Source: Sminthopsis crassicaudata (Eukaryota). Taken from it: a DNA stretch of 64,000 nt. The first letter of the stretch is position 1. Every line of letters starts with the position of its first letter. Below the pieces are notes generated by a model, which was not told where the DNA came from, did no database searches, and saw nothing but the letters and a program-made list of their open reading frames with translations. Shown here one piece after another: positions 1 to 11,655 of the stretch. The stretch is taken from contig NC_133619.1 in NCBI RefSeq assembly GCF_048593235.1, forward strand, positions 313,920,454 through 313,984,453, in the 5' to 3' direction. Position numbers and translations under genes: made by a program.

Positions 1-59
1 GTTAGATTTGTACTTAATGGAAATTACTTTGTTATCAGTCTGTATTGTAGCCTAAAATT

Positions 60-545
60 AGTCAAAGACTTGAGGCAAGGATGCCATTAGGTGGTTGTTG
101 TAATAATCCAGGGGAGAAGTGATGAGGTTTTGAACAAAATGATAGCTCAGCCAGTCTATAGAAGGGGGTGGGTATAAGAAAGGATGTGAAGATTTTGTTG
201 CATTACCTCTGTGGAATGGGAGAAAGCAAGGGATCCAGAACAATGCTAAGATTATGAATCCAGCATATTGTAGCAATAGTGCTGCCTTTGATAATGTGGG
301 GGCAGCATGGATTTATTAGTTGATTTTCAAATATGTTGAGCTTAAGGTATCTTTGGGACCCTTTGAAATACTCAATAGGCAATGAATAACTAAGGCTTGG
401 GGGTAACTAAGGTGGGACTGGTTATACAGCTCTCTGAATCCTCTTCATAGAGATAGTTTAGTCCATGGAAATCAATACTTCACTGAGAGAGTACAGAGAG
501 AGAAGTGATGAGATCACAGAACAAAATTTGGGGAACACCCACAGT
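60..545 (-). mobile_element. Old L2 LINE fragment
   Basis: G/A-rich decayed L2-type text (gtaataatccagggg...gatgag...gatgttgag...tttggga). Confidence 0.55.
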
Positions 546-554
546 TATATTCAG

Positions 555-792
555 TATTTTTTCAGTCATGTCTGCTCTTTATGACCCCATTTGGGTTTTT
601 CTTGGCAAAGATTCATTTGCCAATTCCTTCTCCAGCCCATTTTACACATAAGAATACTGAGGCAAACAAGGTTAAGTGACTTGTCTGGCATTGCACTTCT
701 TTAATAAGTGTTTGAGGTTATATTTGAACTTAAGAAGATGAATCTTCCTGACTCTAACCTAGCATTCTATCTACTAAGCAACTTGGTTATCC
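555..792 (-). mobile_element. MAR1-type CORE-SINE
   Basis: ttcagtcatgtc...gaccccatttgggttttcttggcaaag (RTE-like tail) plus CORE (gaggcaaac...ggttaagtgacttg) in reverse orientation. Confidence 0.7.
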
Positions 793-1221
793 TCATTCAC
801 AGTTAGGATATGTGATATGGATGATGAACTAGTAAAAGGGATTGAGAAGATGTGATCAGACAGGTTATGATGAATCAGGAGAAAGTTAATATCGTGAAAG
901 AAAAGAAGAGTAAAGAGTATTTAGGAGGAGATGGTCAGATCATCAGACTACATAGGAGGAAAAAACTATTAATCTTTCTCAGAACAATATTTTCTCTAAT
1001 CTGATGTTAATCTGCTGCATCCTCTACAGTGTACATTTAACATTTGTTTAATGGCAACAAATTTGCAAGTAATACAGCATATCTTTCCTGGTAAAAGGCT
1101 TCAAATTTTTCAGTCATTTGGATATAATGCAGTAGTTTTTCTCTAGATTAATTAAAAAAGTCAGAGACTAGATATCTGAAACTACAGAATTCTTATAAGC
1201 ATTTAAAAATAGTGTAAACCA

Positions 1222-1389
1222 GGGCAGCTAGGTGGCTCAGTGAGTGGATAGAGCACCAGCCCTGACGTCAGGAGGACCTGAGTCCAAATCTGGCCTGAGA
1301 CACTTAACACTTCCTGGCTGTGTGACCCCGGGCAAGTCACTTAACCCCAACTGCCTAAGCAAAAAACAAAAACAAAACAAAACAAAAAG
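1222..1389 (+). mobile_element. WSINE1-type tRNA/CORE SINE
   Basis: gggcagctaggtggctcagtg (box A) ... gagtccaaatc (box B-like) ... gtgtgaccccgggcaagtcacttaacccc, then a (CAAAA)n tail. Confidence 0.85.
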
Positions 1390-2151
1390 AATATTTAGTG
1401 TCATAGTACAATTCAGTGAGAGAAGCAGATATCTCAAGTTCTAGTCTATTTCAACACTTTATCCAATGCAAAACAAAGAGACTTCAAAGACTGGCTAGAT
1501 AACATTTGAAAAGGATTTTGAAAAGCAATAGGGCAAAGTGGAAAGAACTGGATTTGAAGTTAGAAGATCTGATTTCATTGTGCCTCAGTTTTTCCACCTC
1601 TCAAATGGATACAATATCACAGAATTGTGAAGAAATTTCTTTGTAAAATTCTATGTACCTACAAATTGCTATTTAGAACGGTGCATAATGACATAATAAC
1701 CATAATATATTGCTCCTGGAATGGATTAAGTTTACGCTCCTTGCTAGGAAAGCTTTTAAACTGTCCCCTTCCCCCAAAAAAGATGCTAATCTGTCTGAAA
1801 TAGTTTAAATGAAGCATCTCACCTGGAATGCATTTGGAGGTCATAGCCAGTTCTATATCTCAAGAATTTAGTGAGTCTTTAAGACCCAGAATGTTGGCAG
1901 GTGTATGGCTCCTATGTCCTCATTTTCAAGAATTCCATCAAATTTATTCTATAGAAAAATACTCTATCACGAAAGTAACTTTAAAAAAAAGGATTCTTTG
2001 TAACCCATGATGTGAAATTTATTAATCTTAGACTTGGAATGCAAATTTGCCTTCCTTCAAAACTAACATTCAACACTGTATATTATTTCGTTTTCCCTTT
2101 CAGAAACAGAGCTCCTTTAGAATTTAGATGACTCCATGAAAAAGGACTTAC

Positions 2152-2205
2152 CTGATCACAACACATTTGCAGTTTTTTGTTTAGCTTCTCAGGGCAATTC
2201 TCCAG
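2152..2205 (-). CDS. MORC1: MORC1 exon LENCPEKLNKKLQMCCDQ
   Basis: Acceptor atggaaacag, donor CAG|gtaagt; 54 nt, phase 0 to 0; resembles LEQCPEQMNKKLKMCFNQ. Confidence 0.93.
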
Positions 2206-2717
2206 CTGTTTCCATAAATGACAATAGAACAGAATATTAGCTCTCAGGGAATGAGTTGTCTACAATACAATAATGTATCTCATATCAGAAAAGCATCACC
2301 TAAAGCATGTCAGCATTAGCACTGTGGTTCTTCAGATTCTGGCCTAATTTTATGCAGACTGGGACTGATTATGTCTTCTATCTCTCCATAGATTTTGCTA
2401 AGGGTAGAGGGCAATCTTTCTTCCAGCTCATGATCTTGTGCTTTATTCATAACATCTTTCATTTTGTAAGTAAACTTACATTTACTCATAACATCACCAG
2501 AATAAATTGATCAGGTAACATTTGCTTCATTCTTGGAAGACATGATCTGGAATGTAAAAACTCCAAATCTAAAAATGTAGTAATAATTTGCAGCACTGGG
2601 CCTAAGATCATTAACTCTAAACACTTAAGCAATCCAGAGATAATTCTTAAAGTCTTGTCTTCACAGGGCAACACAATGATCACCTCAGTGGTCTATGTAC
2701 ACGAAGGATTATGTTAC

Positions 2718-2805
2718 CTCAAAAAATGCCATAAGTTCCTCCAGAGACTTGTAGTCAAGGTCCTTGGAGAGCTTAGTGTGAGGATGGAAATAAAGAAGAA
2801 TCTCT
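2718..2805 (-). CDS. MORC1: MORC1 exon (R)EILLYFHPHTKLSKDLDYKSLEELMAFFE
   Basis: Acceptor tttctttctttttag, donor GAG|gtaaca; 88 nt, phase 2 to 0; REILLYF matches recalled human/mouse MORC1. Confidence 0.94.
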
Positions 2806-3094
2806 CTAAAAAGAAAGAAAGGTAGACATCAATATGGCAGAATTGCCATTCATTTAGTAGAGGTGATGCTACTGCAGATTTACATAGGCCTCTCAACAGC
2901 ACAGAAAATGAACACTCCCCAACTCTTAGTTGCATCTGACCATTCACCATAAAGCTTTTCAGAAACCAGCTATATAAAGCATCAGATTTATATATGGGAG
3001 AGAACTCTGAGGTCCCCGATGTAACCTTTCATTTTACTGTTGTGAAGAATAAGAACCAGAGGTAACATTATGGAATCAGAGATAAAGAACAATG

Positions 3095-3371
3095 TATTGC
3101 TCCTATATCCCCACTTTCAAGAACTCCATCAATTTTATTTCACAGAAAAGCACTGTCCTATGAAAGTAACTTTTAAAAAAAGGATTCTATTTTTGTAACC
3201 TATGATGTAAAATTTATTAATCTTATACTTGGAATGCAAATTTGTCTTCCTTCAAAAATTAACATTCAACACTGTATATTATTTTGTTTTCCCTTTCAGA
3301 AACAGAGATCCTTTAGAATTTAGATGACTCCATGAAACAAAGACTTACCTGGTTTAGGTGCTCAGGGCAAT
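3095..3371 (+). repeat. Diverged direct duplicate of 1904-2200 (intron segment, splice donor and deleted exon remnant)
   Basis: Shared colinear blocks such as ttggaatgcaaatttg, aacattcaacactgtatattatt, ttttccctttcagaaacagag, tttagaatttagatgactccatgaaa, gacttacctg and ctcagggcaat. Confidence 0.92.
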
Positions 3372-3599
3372 GAGCAATATATTGAGATTAATATTAATAA
3401 TTAATATTAAATAAAAGATTGCTTGCTATCTTGGGGAAGGGAGAGTTGAGAGCAGGGAGAAAATTTTGGAAAGCAAAATCTTACAAAAATGAATTTTGAA
3501 AACTATCTTTATACATATTTGAAAAATTGAGAAAAAACACAGAAAAACAACATAAAAAGCTTTCATGTTGCAGTTATTTAGCTTTTTAAATAATGATTT

Positions 3600-4290
3600 A
3601 AATAAAGTACTTTCTTTCCTCTCCCAAAAAGTACTACTATCACCCTAGTATTGATCTTCATCACCTCAAGTTTGGAGTATTGAAATAGTCGGATGTTTAT
3701 TCTCCCTGTCTTGTCTTTCTTCATTCTGGTCTATTTTCCAGTCAGCTAAGTAATTTTCCTAAAGCTGTGGGTCTGACCATGTCACTCTTCTACTCAGTAA
3801 ATTCCAGCGAGTCTCTACTATCTCTGGAAACAAATATAAATTCTTCTGTTTGGCATTCAAAGCCTTTATAGCCTGCCCTCTCCCTCACTGTTCCAAGTCT
3901 CTTTATATCTCACTCTCTCCTCCTCTTCTCTCCACCCTCCCCACCAATCCTCACCTATTCTGTGACCCAGCAATACTGGGATTCTTGCTGTTTCTTGACA
4001 AGACACTTCATCTTCAAGCATTTTCTCTGGCTGTCTCCCATGTCTGGATGTTCTCCCTTTTTCTTTGTCTCCTGGCTTCTTTCAAGTCTCAATTAAAATC
4101 TCTTCCTTCTGCAGGAAGCCTTTCCAACCTCACTGCTTATTTAATACCAAAGCCTTCCCTTTGTTGTTTATTTCCAACTTATCCCATCTATAGTTTCTGT
4201 GCATATGTGAGCTCTTTGAAAACAGAGACTGGCTTTTGCCTTTCTTGTATTCTGGAGCTTAATATTTGTCATTAGTAAATATATATTGAC
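3600..4290 (+). mobile_element. L2 LINE 3' fragment
   Basis: C/T-rich L2 text: tcagtaaattccag...ggcattcaaagccttt...caattaaaatctc...ggaagcctttcc. Confidence 0.7.
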
Positions 4291-4699
4291 TGATTTGACT
4301 TTCAAACCATGATCAATTCATGGTCACACATTTATTAAATTCCCAGTATGTGCCAGGTACAGTGTTAGAGGCTGGGGTTGTAAGAGTAAAGAATGAAAAC
4401 ATTCTTTGAGAATGGCACCATCCTATTTAGCTGCTCTTTAAATTGTTTTGCCAAAGCAGATAAGGAAATTCAGTACAGTTAGGCTATAGTATAAGAAATA
4501 GAACAGTTGTGGCTAAAAGCCAGAAATAAAAGCTGAAAAAAATTAGGCCTTCACTATTGTGAATTCAAACTGACTTACCTGCTTTTCCTTGCAAAGTGTC
4601 AAGATGGCAGGATTCAGGCAAGAGATATAGGAAGAGTAGTGTAGTGAGTCTATGGCAGTATGGGGCCCCTAAGTATTCTCTTTAATGTATGCTCAAGAC

Positions 4700-5910
4700 A
4701 ACAGGGCAGAAGAAAAACAGACTTTTGAAGAGAAACAGGATAAAAAGAGAAGAAGAAATAGAAGAAAACAATGGAGGGAAATACACAGTAACCATAACTG
4801 TGAATGTGAATTGGATGAGCCAACCCATAAAATAGCAGCATACATCAGAATCAATTAGAAACTAAGACCCCAAAATATATTGTGTCCAAGAGACCCACTT
4901 GTAATAAAAAGATATACAGAGTTAAAATAAAGGGCTAGAACAAAATATATTATGCTTCAGCTGAAGTAAAAAAAAAAAAGGCAGGGGTAGCAAATAAAGA
5001 AAGCAAAAGCAAAAATATACCAAATTGAAAGAGAGAATCAGGGAAACTCATTTTGCTAAAAGGTACCAAAGACAATGAAGGATATCAAAAAAAAATTTAT
5101 GTCAAATGTCTCTGATCAAGGCCTCATTTCTCAAATATATAAGGAACTAAGTCAATTTTATAAAAACAAGAGCCATTCACCAATGATAAATGGTCAAAAG
5201 ATATATACAAGTAGTTTGCAGAAGATATCAAAGCTATCCACAGTCACATAAAAAAGTTCTCTAAATCATTACAGATTAAAGAAATGCAAATTAAAATAAC
5301 TCTGAGGCATCACTTCATACCCACCAGAAATGACAATTGCTGGAGGGGATGGAGAAAGATTAGTATATTAATGAACTTTTAGTGGAGTAGTGAACTCATC
5401 TAATTGTTGTGAAAAACCTGAATTATACCCCAAAGGCTAAAAACTGCATAATTTTTGATCCAGTCATACCACTGCTAGGTCTGTACCCCAAAGAGTTCAA
5501 AGAAAAAGGGAAAGGACTTTAAAAAATATTTGCAATGACTTTTATGGTGGCAAAAAAAATGGAAATTGAAGGAATGCTCATCAATTGAGGAAGGGCTGAA
5601 CAAGTTGTGGTATATGGTGGTGATGGAGTATTACTGAATAGAAGAATGATGAGACTGGTTTCAGAAAAACATGAGAAGATCTATATGAATTGATACAAAA
5701 TAAGATAATTGTGTAGAGTAACATCAATGTTGTAATGATGATCAACTATGAAAGACTTGATTAATACAATTCCTTGATTAATATAAATAATCCATACTGT
5801 TTGCCTGCTTAGGGGGTATAGGAAGAATGAAAGGGAGGCAAAGAATTTGGAATTCAAAATTTAAAACTAAAAGAATGTTAAAAATAAATAATATGTAATT
5901 AAAAAGAAAA
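4700..5910 (+). mobile_element. Internally deleted marsupial L1 (ORF2 endonuclease remnant joined to 3' ORF2/UTR)
   Basis: actgtgaatgtgaat...ccaagagacccacttg (NVN...QETHL-like), then a jump near 5100 to tctctgatcaaggcctcatttc...gatccagtcataccactgctaggtctgtacccc; A-rich end. Confidence 0.8.
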
Positions 5911-6188
5911 AGAACCAGACCCATATTAAAAACCCACAACAACTCACAGAATACAATTAATTTCTAATTTATTCTTCTGATAGGCTGCTAATTGGGATCC
6001 TTTAAGGGTTATCTTCTTATTCAAGGCAAGATCTGATTTATGTAATGATAGTGCATGCTGCTAAGTACTTTAATAGGATAATCTGACCAGTGACAGAATT
6101 CAGTGGAAAGAAAAATCAGCAAAATAGAAAGTCTTATAAATTCTTAATGTGAAAAATTGGAATGTGTGCTAATAAGAGATGCCTTTAC

Positions 6189-6332
6189 CTTAACTGAGTC
6201 ATCAGTTTTTCTATTGTTTTCTTGTAACAGGTGCTTTGAGAAGGCTTTAAAAAAGGAACAGCAACATCACACTCAGGCTTCACAAACCGTTCTTTATGGC
6301 CTGGGCGTGGACTTAAATCATCTGCTGATAGA
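6189..6332 (-). CDS. MORC1: MORC1 exon (S)LSADDLSPRPGHKERFVKPECDVAVPFLKPSQSTCYKKTIEKLMTQL(R)
   Basis: Acceptor ttttgtttttgttcag, donor AAG|gtaaag; 144 nt; only the phase-2 frame is open; DDLSPRPGHK resembles recalled mouse EDLSPRSGHK. Confidence 0.92.
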
Positions 6333-8059
6333 CTGAACAAAAACAAAACATAGTTTATTATTTCAAATGTAGGGTCAATTCAGGGACACGTATGAAGTTT
6401 CTTTGGTGAAATTCTACCTTAAAAAAGCAAGGTGAGGTGAAGACTTGAACTGTAATTTCACCAGTAGGGAATTCCCTCTACTAATGCAGTCAGTATATTA
6501 TCTGGAAAGATTAGTCCAGAGCAGTGAGGGGTTAAGTGATTTTCTAAGGTCACACAGCCAGTTTGATGTCAGAAGGATAACTTAAATCCAGGGCTTTACA
6601 GCTTTGAGGCCAACTATGCTTCATGAACTCTCAAAAATTATTAGGACGAAAGAAATCAAAGTAGTGTAATAATGAAAACCTCTTTTTGGGTGGTTATGCT
6701 AATTGACTTTAGATTAGGTTAAATTCTAAAAATCCCTGGCAAATCTTGCTTTCAATTTTTTCCTGACAAAATTTGTGCCAAATGTGTGGAAAATTGCCTT
6801 TGTTAATAGTATGCCACTGCTTCTTACTTTTTTATTGCTTTGCAAAGAAGGCTTTTCAACTAAAGCATTTCCCCAGTTCAGATATGTTGGGGCTGCTCTG
6901 CTTAGGGCACATCAGTCTGCAAGGGGACATTATCTATATGCGGAAGCCAGGAGAGCCAGGGAATGGATACAGGATTCTAAAATTTAGCTCATCTTGAGTC
7001 AAGCTTTCACAAGCTGTTATTTTGTTAGAAAATGTTCCAATATTCCAAGGGATAACTAAAGGTATTGTTTTCTCCCCACAATGCAAAGCAAACTACCTGC
7101 TCATGTGGTGCAGTTATCATCTATGTCCTCCTGCAAGCTTGGTAATGGGAGATCCCATTTACTGTGCTTTTCTGAGCATGTGAATATCAATGGAGGATAC
7201 TAATTGAAGACTCATTAGTCTTCACTCTCAATATATAATCAGCCCATCTTCATTACATTTCTGTGAGGATATCCTTCACACATGATTTCCTGTGTTATTC
7301 CTTCTTGGAAACATGTAGCAGTACTGTACTGACCATGTGCCTCTCCATTGTGCTTTGGGTGATCTTCAACTTCAGCCTTTCTAAGTATTCTGAAATATAC
7401 TATGAATTACAGTCTTGCATCAGCAGAGCAAATATAAAGCTATGTTTAAAACTAAGGACTTTTGTTTCATAAAAACGCTTGAGATCATTAAAATAGTTAT
7501 ATTATTTATCAATGGTAACCCATGGATTTTCCTTCCTCTAGTTCTTGGATTTAAATTCTGTCTTAGGTATTTTCTAATTGTGTGACCCTGGCAAGCTTGT
7601 TTGCTTCAGTTTTACAGTTTAGCTGTAAAATGAGGATAATAGTAATACACCTACCAAGAGTTTTGTGTGGATCAAATGAGATCATATTTGTAATGAATTT
7701 ATAGCATTGTCTGGCACACAATAAACATAAAAATGCTTTTCCCTTCCCTCATTTAATTTTAGTTTCATTGCCAACTTTTTTGGCTTCAACAAAAAGAAGA
7801 TGGGGCAGTGTAGAAAAGTGGATAGAAAAACATCTTTAGAGTCTGGAGACCTTGTGTTAAAGTCCCATCTCTAAGACAAAATGACTGTGTGATCCTGAGC
7901 AAATTACAGACTTCTCAGTGTTTGAGAAAACTCTCTAAGATGATAAAATTTAGGGAAGGCACTTACCTTTAATGATAGAGGGAGTTTCTACATCTGGGCA
8001 TGGGGAATTCTTATACCAATAAACTCAAAGATCTAGGCCCTACAGACACACACGTGTGT

Positions 8060-8061
<2 letters not shown>

Positions 8062-8093
<32 letters not shown>
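8062..8093. repeat. (AC)n microsatellite
   Basis: Direct reading. Confidence 0.95.
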
Positions 8094-8096
<3 letters not shown>

Positions 8097-8461
8097 TATG
8101 TACCCTAGATTTTTTATTTGGGTTTTTCATATGTAGAACTCTAGACTGATGCAATGTTCAGAGCTCAATGAAATCTGCATGAAGAGATCTACCAACTTTT
8201 AAATAAGTTATTAGTAAGCAAACTGTTAATCCCAGACCCACTTTGAGTCAAGTATCAGGATGTGTTTGTAAGAAAGTTTATGCATATAAAGAACACATCT
8301 ATAACATAAACAATAAACACATTTAAACATTAAGTATATTTTTTTAGATTGTTGGAGGATTACCTAGACTACTTCAATATAGCATCATTTGCTAAAAATG
8401 ATGTACTTCTTATTGTAAAAAGCTGATTTTTCTTCTTGGATACATTTGTAGATTGAGTTAA

Positions 8462-8636
8462 GCCAGGAGTCAGCAAAATATAGACCAAAGTCAGCTGTCT
8501 GCTTTTATATGGATTGAGAGCTAACAATATTTATTTTCCCTTTTCAAATAAAAGGTAACAGCTATTCTTAACTTATGGTCAGTATAAAAATAAGTGGCTA
8601 GATTTGGTTCTTGAGCAGCAATTTGCCAATCCTGAT
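8462..8636 (+). mobile_element. Probable hAT-type non-autonomous DNA transposon remnant
   Basis: Ends caggagtcagcaaa ... tttgccaatcctg form imperfect terminal inverted repeats. Confidence 0.5.
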
Positions 8637-9350
8637 CTAAGCAATCAATCAACTACCATATACTGTTTACTCAACTCTGATCATTGGTTTTATCATATCT
8701 TCCAACTATACAGATGGCAGATCAATTATGCCTTTCTCATTTTGTGCAACTCTTGCCCATGACCTCCAATGTTCTTCACAGAAGGGCCTCCCAACATGCT
8801 AGAGGCTTTCCTCTACATGTGTTGACAAAGTATGAGTACCAGTGGAACACATGGGCTATCCAATTCTCTGATTACACAGGGTCACTGAATCTTAGACCTA
8901 CATGGTCCTTAGAGGCCACTGAGTCCTTCATTTTACAGACAAGGAAAGTGAAGCATTTTTGTTCTGACATTTCAGTGATACCCAACTCTTCTTAGCTCTA
9001 TTTTGATTTTTTTTTGACAAAGATCATGGAGTAATTTGCCATTTACTTTTTTTAGATCATTTTTTATGAAGAACTAAGGAAAGCAAGGTTAAGTGACATG
9101 CCCAGTATCATACAACTATAAAGTGTCTGAACTCATAAAGATGAATCTCCCTAAATCCAAGTGTAGTACTTCATCCACTGTGCCATGTAGCTGCCTTAAT
9201 AGAGGCCCAGAGAGAAGTAATGCCCAAAGTCACAGAGCAGTCTAAAAATATTACCAGAAGAATTTGCAATTTTGTTACTAGTTGACAAAATACATATTTT
9301 GATATTTTAACCTGGCACACTTCCTAAACAATGGTGGTACTTATACATTT

Positions 9351-9372
9351 ATACATACATACATACATACAT

Positions 9373-9429
<57 letters not shown>
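9351..9429. repeat. (TACA)n-(CA)n-(TA)n compound microsatellite
   Basis: Direct reading. Confidence 0.95.
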
Positions 9430-9432
<3 letters not shown>

Positions 9433-10404
9433 AAGTGGTCTCCTTACACCATCATGAATTCATTAATGACAAATCTATATATCATGTTAATGTCCATGTG
9501 AACAGCTATAGTGTAGTTTATACTTTCAGTTTATTCTTGAAATTGAAATTGGAGACTTAATATCAAATGAAAAGTTCTTTTATCAACATAACTCATTGGC
9601 ATTAATTACCCTGTCTGAATTCAGTTGAAGCTGTGTAGATTAAGAACACTATATATTCTAATGCTTAATTGTCTGTTAAGAACATTGAACAATGTGTCTG
9701 AATGCTCATTAATTATCCTCTTTTATATCAGAAACTTTATTTAGAAAGATGTTTTGCCTTTTTAGTGATGTGAGTAATGTCTAAGTTACTTATTAAAATA
9801 TTTTGCACAGAAGCACATGGATTTGGGGTCCTCTTGCTACCAGCTTCTGTGTTCCCTTGGTCACATGGGGAGTGAATTTCTGGATCAGGGATGAATCATT
9901 TTTTTTTTTTTAACAAAGTCTCATTAAATCTTGAAGATATCATTTTAGATGAGCAATCTCTCAAAAACAAAAGAAATCTATACCCCACAGCTGCCATATT
10001 TGTTGTGTAAGTTATTTTTCCTGGAGAATTTTTAAAAAATTGCTAAAAATTTCATGAACAGCTTTAGGCTCCCAGAAGCTTTGTCCAGGACAAGACTTAC
10101 CAACAAGATGGGCTTTTAAAAAATCATCTTACATCTGCAGCAAAAGCTCTTTCCTACCAGTGTTATTACAATATATTCAAGTATAAGTATCCAAGATATT
10201 CACATGAATTTACATAAACACAATTATGTTTATTTCATGCATTCCCAGCATGCACATCTCCATTGTGCAGGTGCAATCGAATAAAAGCTTTTGTCTCTTG
10301 CCACTTTTTTTTTTTTTTTTTTTTTTTTGTTAGATGGAGAGAACGACTGAACTTGGGATTTGACTGGTAGAGTAAATCCAATGGTGAGGAAATCCTCTCT
10401 CTTA

Positions 10405-10870
10405 GTCAATGTCAGTCAATCAATAAACACTTATTAAGCAACTACTTTTGCCAGGCAGTGTGTTAAGTGCTGAGATATAAAAGGAAACAAAAGACAGTCC
10501 AGTCCTTGCCTTCAAGAAGCTCGCAATCTAATGGAGGAGACAACAGGCAAGAAATTATGTACAAACAAGCCATGTGCAAGATGAATTGTAGATAATTAAC
10601 CAAAGAAAGTACTAGAATTAAGGGGAGTTGGGAATTTTTTTTTTTTTTTTGTATAAGGTGGGATTTTTTAGCTGGATTTTGAAAAAAAACAAGAAGAGAG
10701 GCAGAGTTGAGGATGGGGAACATCTAGACATGAGGGACAGTCAGAGAAAGTTCCTAGAATCTGGAGTGAGTCTTGTGGGAGGAATAGCCAGGAAGCCACT
10801 GGCACTGGATCTCTTAGCAGGGAAAAGGGGCTTTATAAGCTGTACGCAGACTGGAAAGGTAAGGGGGCAT
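10405..10870 (-). mobile_element. L2 3' end
   Basis: cagtcaatcaataaacacttattaagcaactac...ccaggcagtgtgttaagtgctgagatataaa..., the reverse complement of the L2 terminus. Confidence 0.75.
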
Positions 10871-11378
10871 GTTATAAAGATCGATATCTACTCTGTTATT
10901 TAGTTTTGCAAAAATACTGAGAAAAATAAGGGCTTAAATTTCTTGCCCAAAGTTATGTAACCAGTAAATTCGAGAAGAAGGATTGCAACCAAATCTGGGC
11001 TGGCCCTCTATCCTTTATATAAAGATGCCTCTCTTATACATTTTGCCTTTTTCTCATTTTTGTATTTCTTGTTCTTTTTTTGTGCCTTCTCAATGGGTAG
11101 AAAACTGGGTGGGAGAAGGGAAAGAATTTGAAATTAAAAATTAAAAGATAGGAAAAAACCCTTTGTCTTTTTAACACAAGATATTAAAAATAGCAAAACT
11201 TAAAAAATATGTTGATTATATATAATCAATTAAAATGATCTACCACAGTTGAATTATTTTCCACATTCCGTAGGATATCTTTCCTAATGTCTTCCCATAT
11301 ACTCTCTCTACTTCTACTCCCATGCCTTCTCACTGAGTTAACCTTCCATTTATGAAAGGGATTTTTATTTTTAACCCT

Positions 11379-11379
<1 letters not shown>

Positions 11380-11446
<67 letters not shown>
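11380..11446. repeat. (TG)n(TA)n microsatellite
   Basis: Direct reading. Confidence 0.95.
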
Positions 11447-11447
<1 letters not shown>

Positions 11448-11563
11448 TCAAATTTATGTATATATGTATACAAGTACACTTACATATTGTCTCACCCCTT
11501 AGAATATGGGTTTCCTGAGATCAAGGACTGAGTTTCTGCCATTTTTTTGTAAGCTCAGCACAC

Positions 11564-11655
11564 AACCCACCTGTCCCAGCCCCTGCCTCTCCGCGCCCCC
11601 TCGATGCTCTTAGCCGAGTGTCCTTTGGGGCCCGAAGCGTTTACTTTGAAAAAAA
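11564..11655 (+). pseudogene. ~92-nt fragment of 18S rRNA (V4/expansion segment 6 region)
   Basis: gcctctccgcgccccctcgatgctcttagccgagtgtcctttggggcccgaagcgtttactttgaaaaaa aligns with recalled vertebrate 18S GCCTCTCGGCGCCCCCTCGATGCTCTTAGCTGAGTGTCCCGCGGGGCCCGAAGCGTTTACTTTGAAAAAA. Confidence 0.9.

Noticed and set aside
2170-2260. Upstream acceptor extending exon 2152-2205 (TTHSLRANILFYCHLWKQ...).
   Set aside because: Homology supports the 88-nt exon 2718-2805 joining directly to LENCPEK.
2310-2462. 49-codon minus-strand ORF MKDVMNKAQDHELEERLP...
   Set aside because: Intronic, no usable splice sites, no recognised homology; length expected by chance.
6773-6997. Two overlapping + strand ORFs of ~70 aa.
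   Set aside because: No recognised homology or splice context; consistent with chance.
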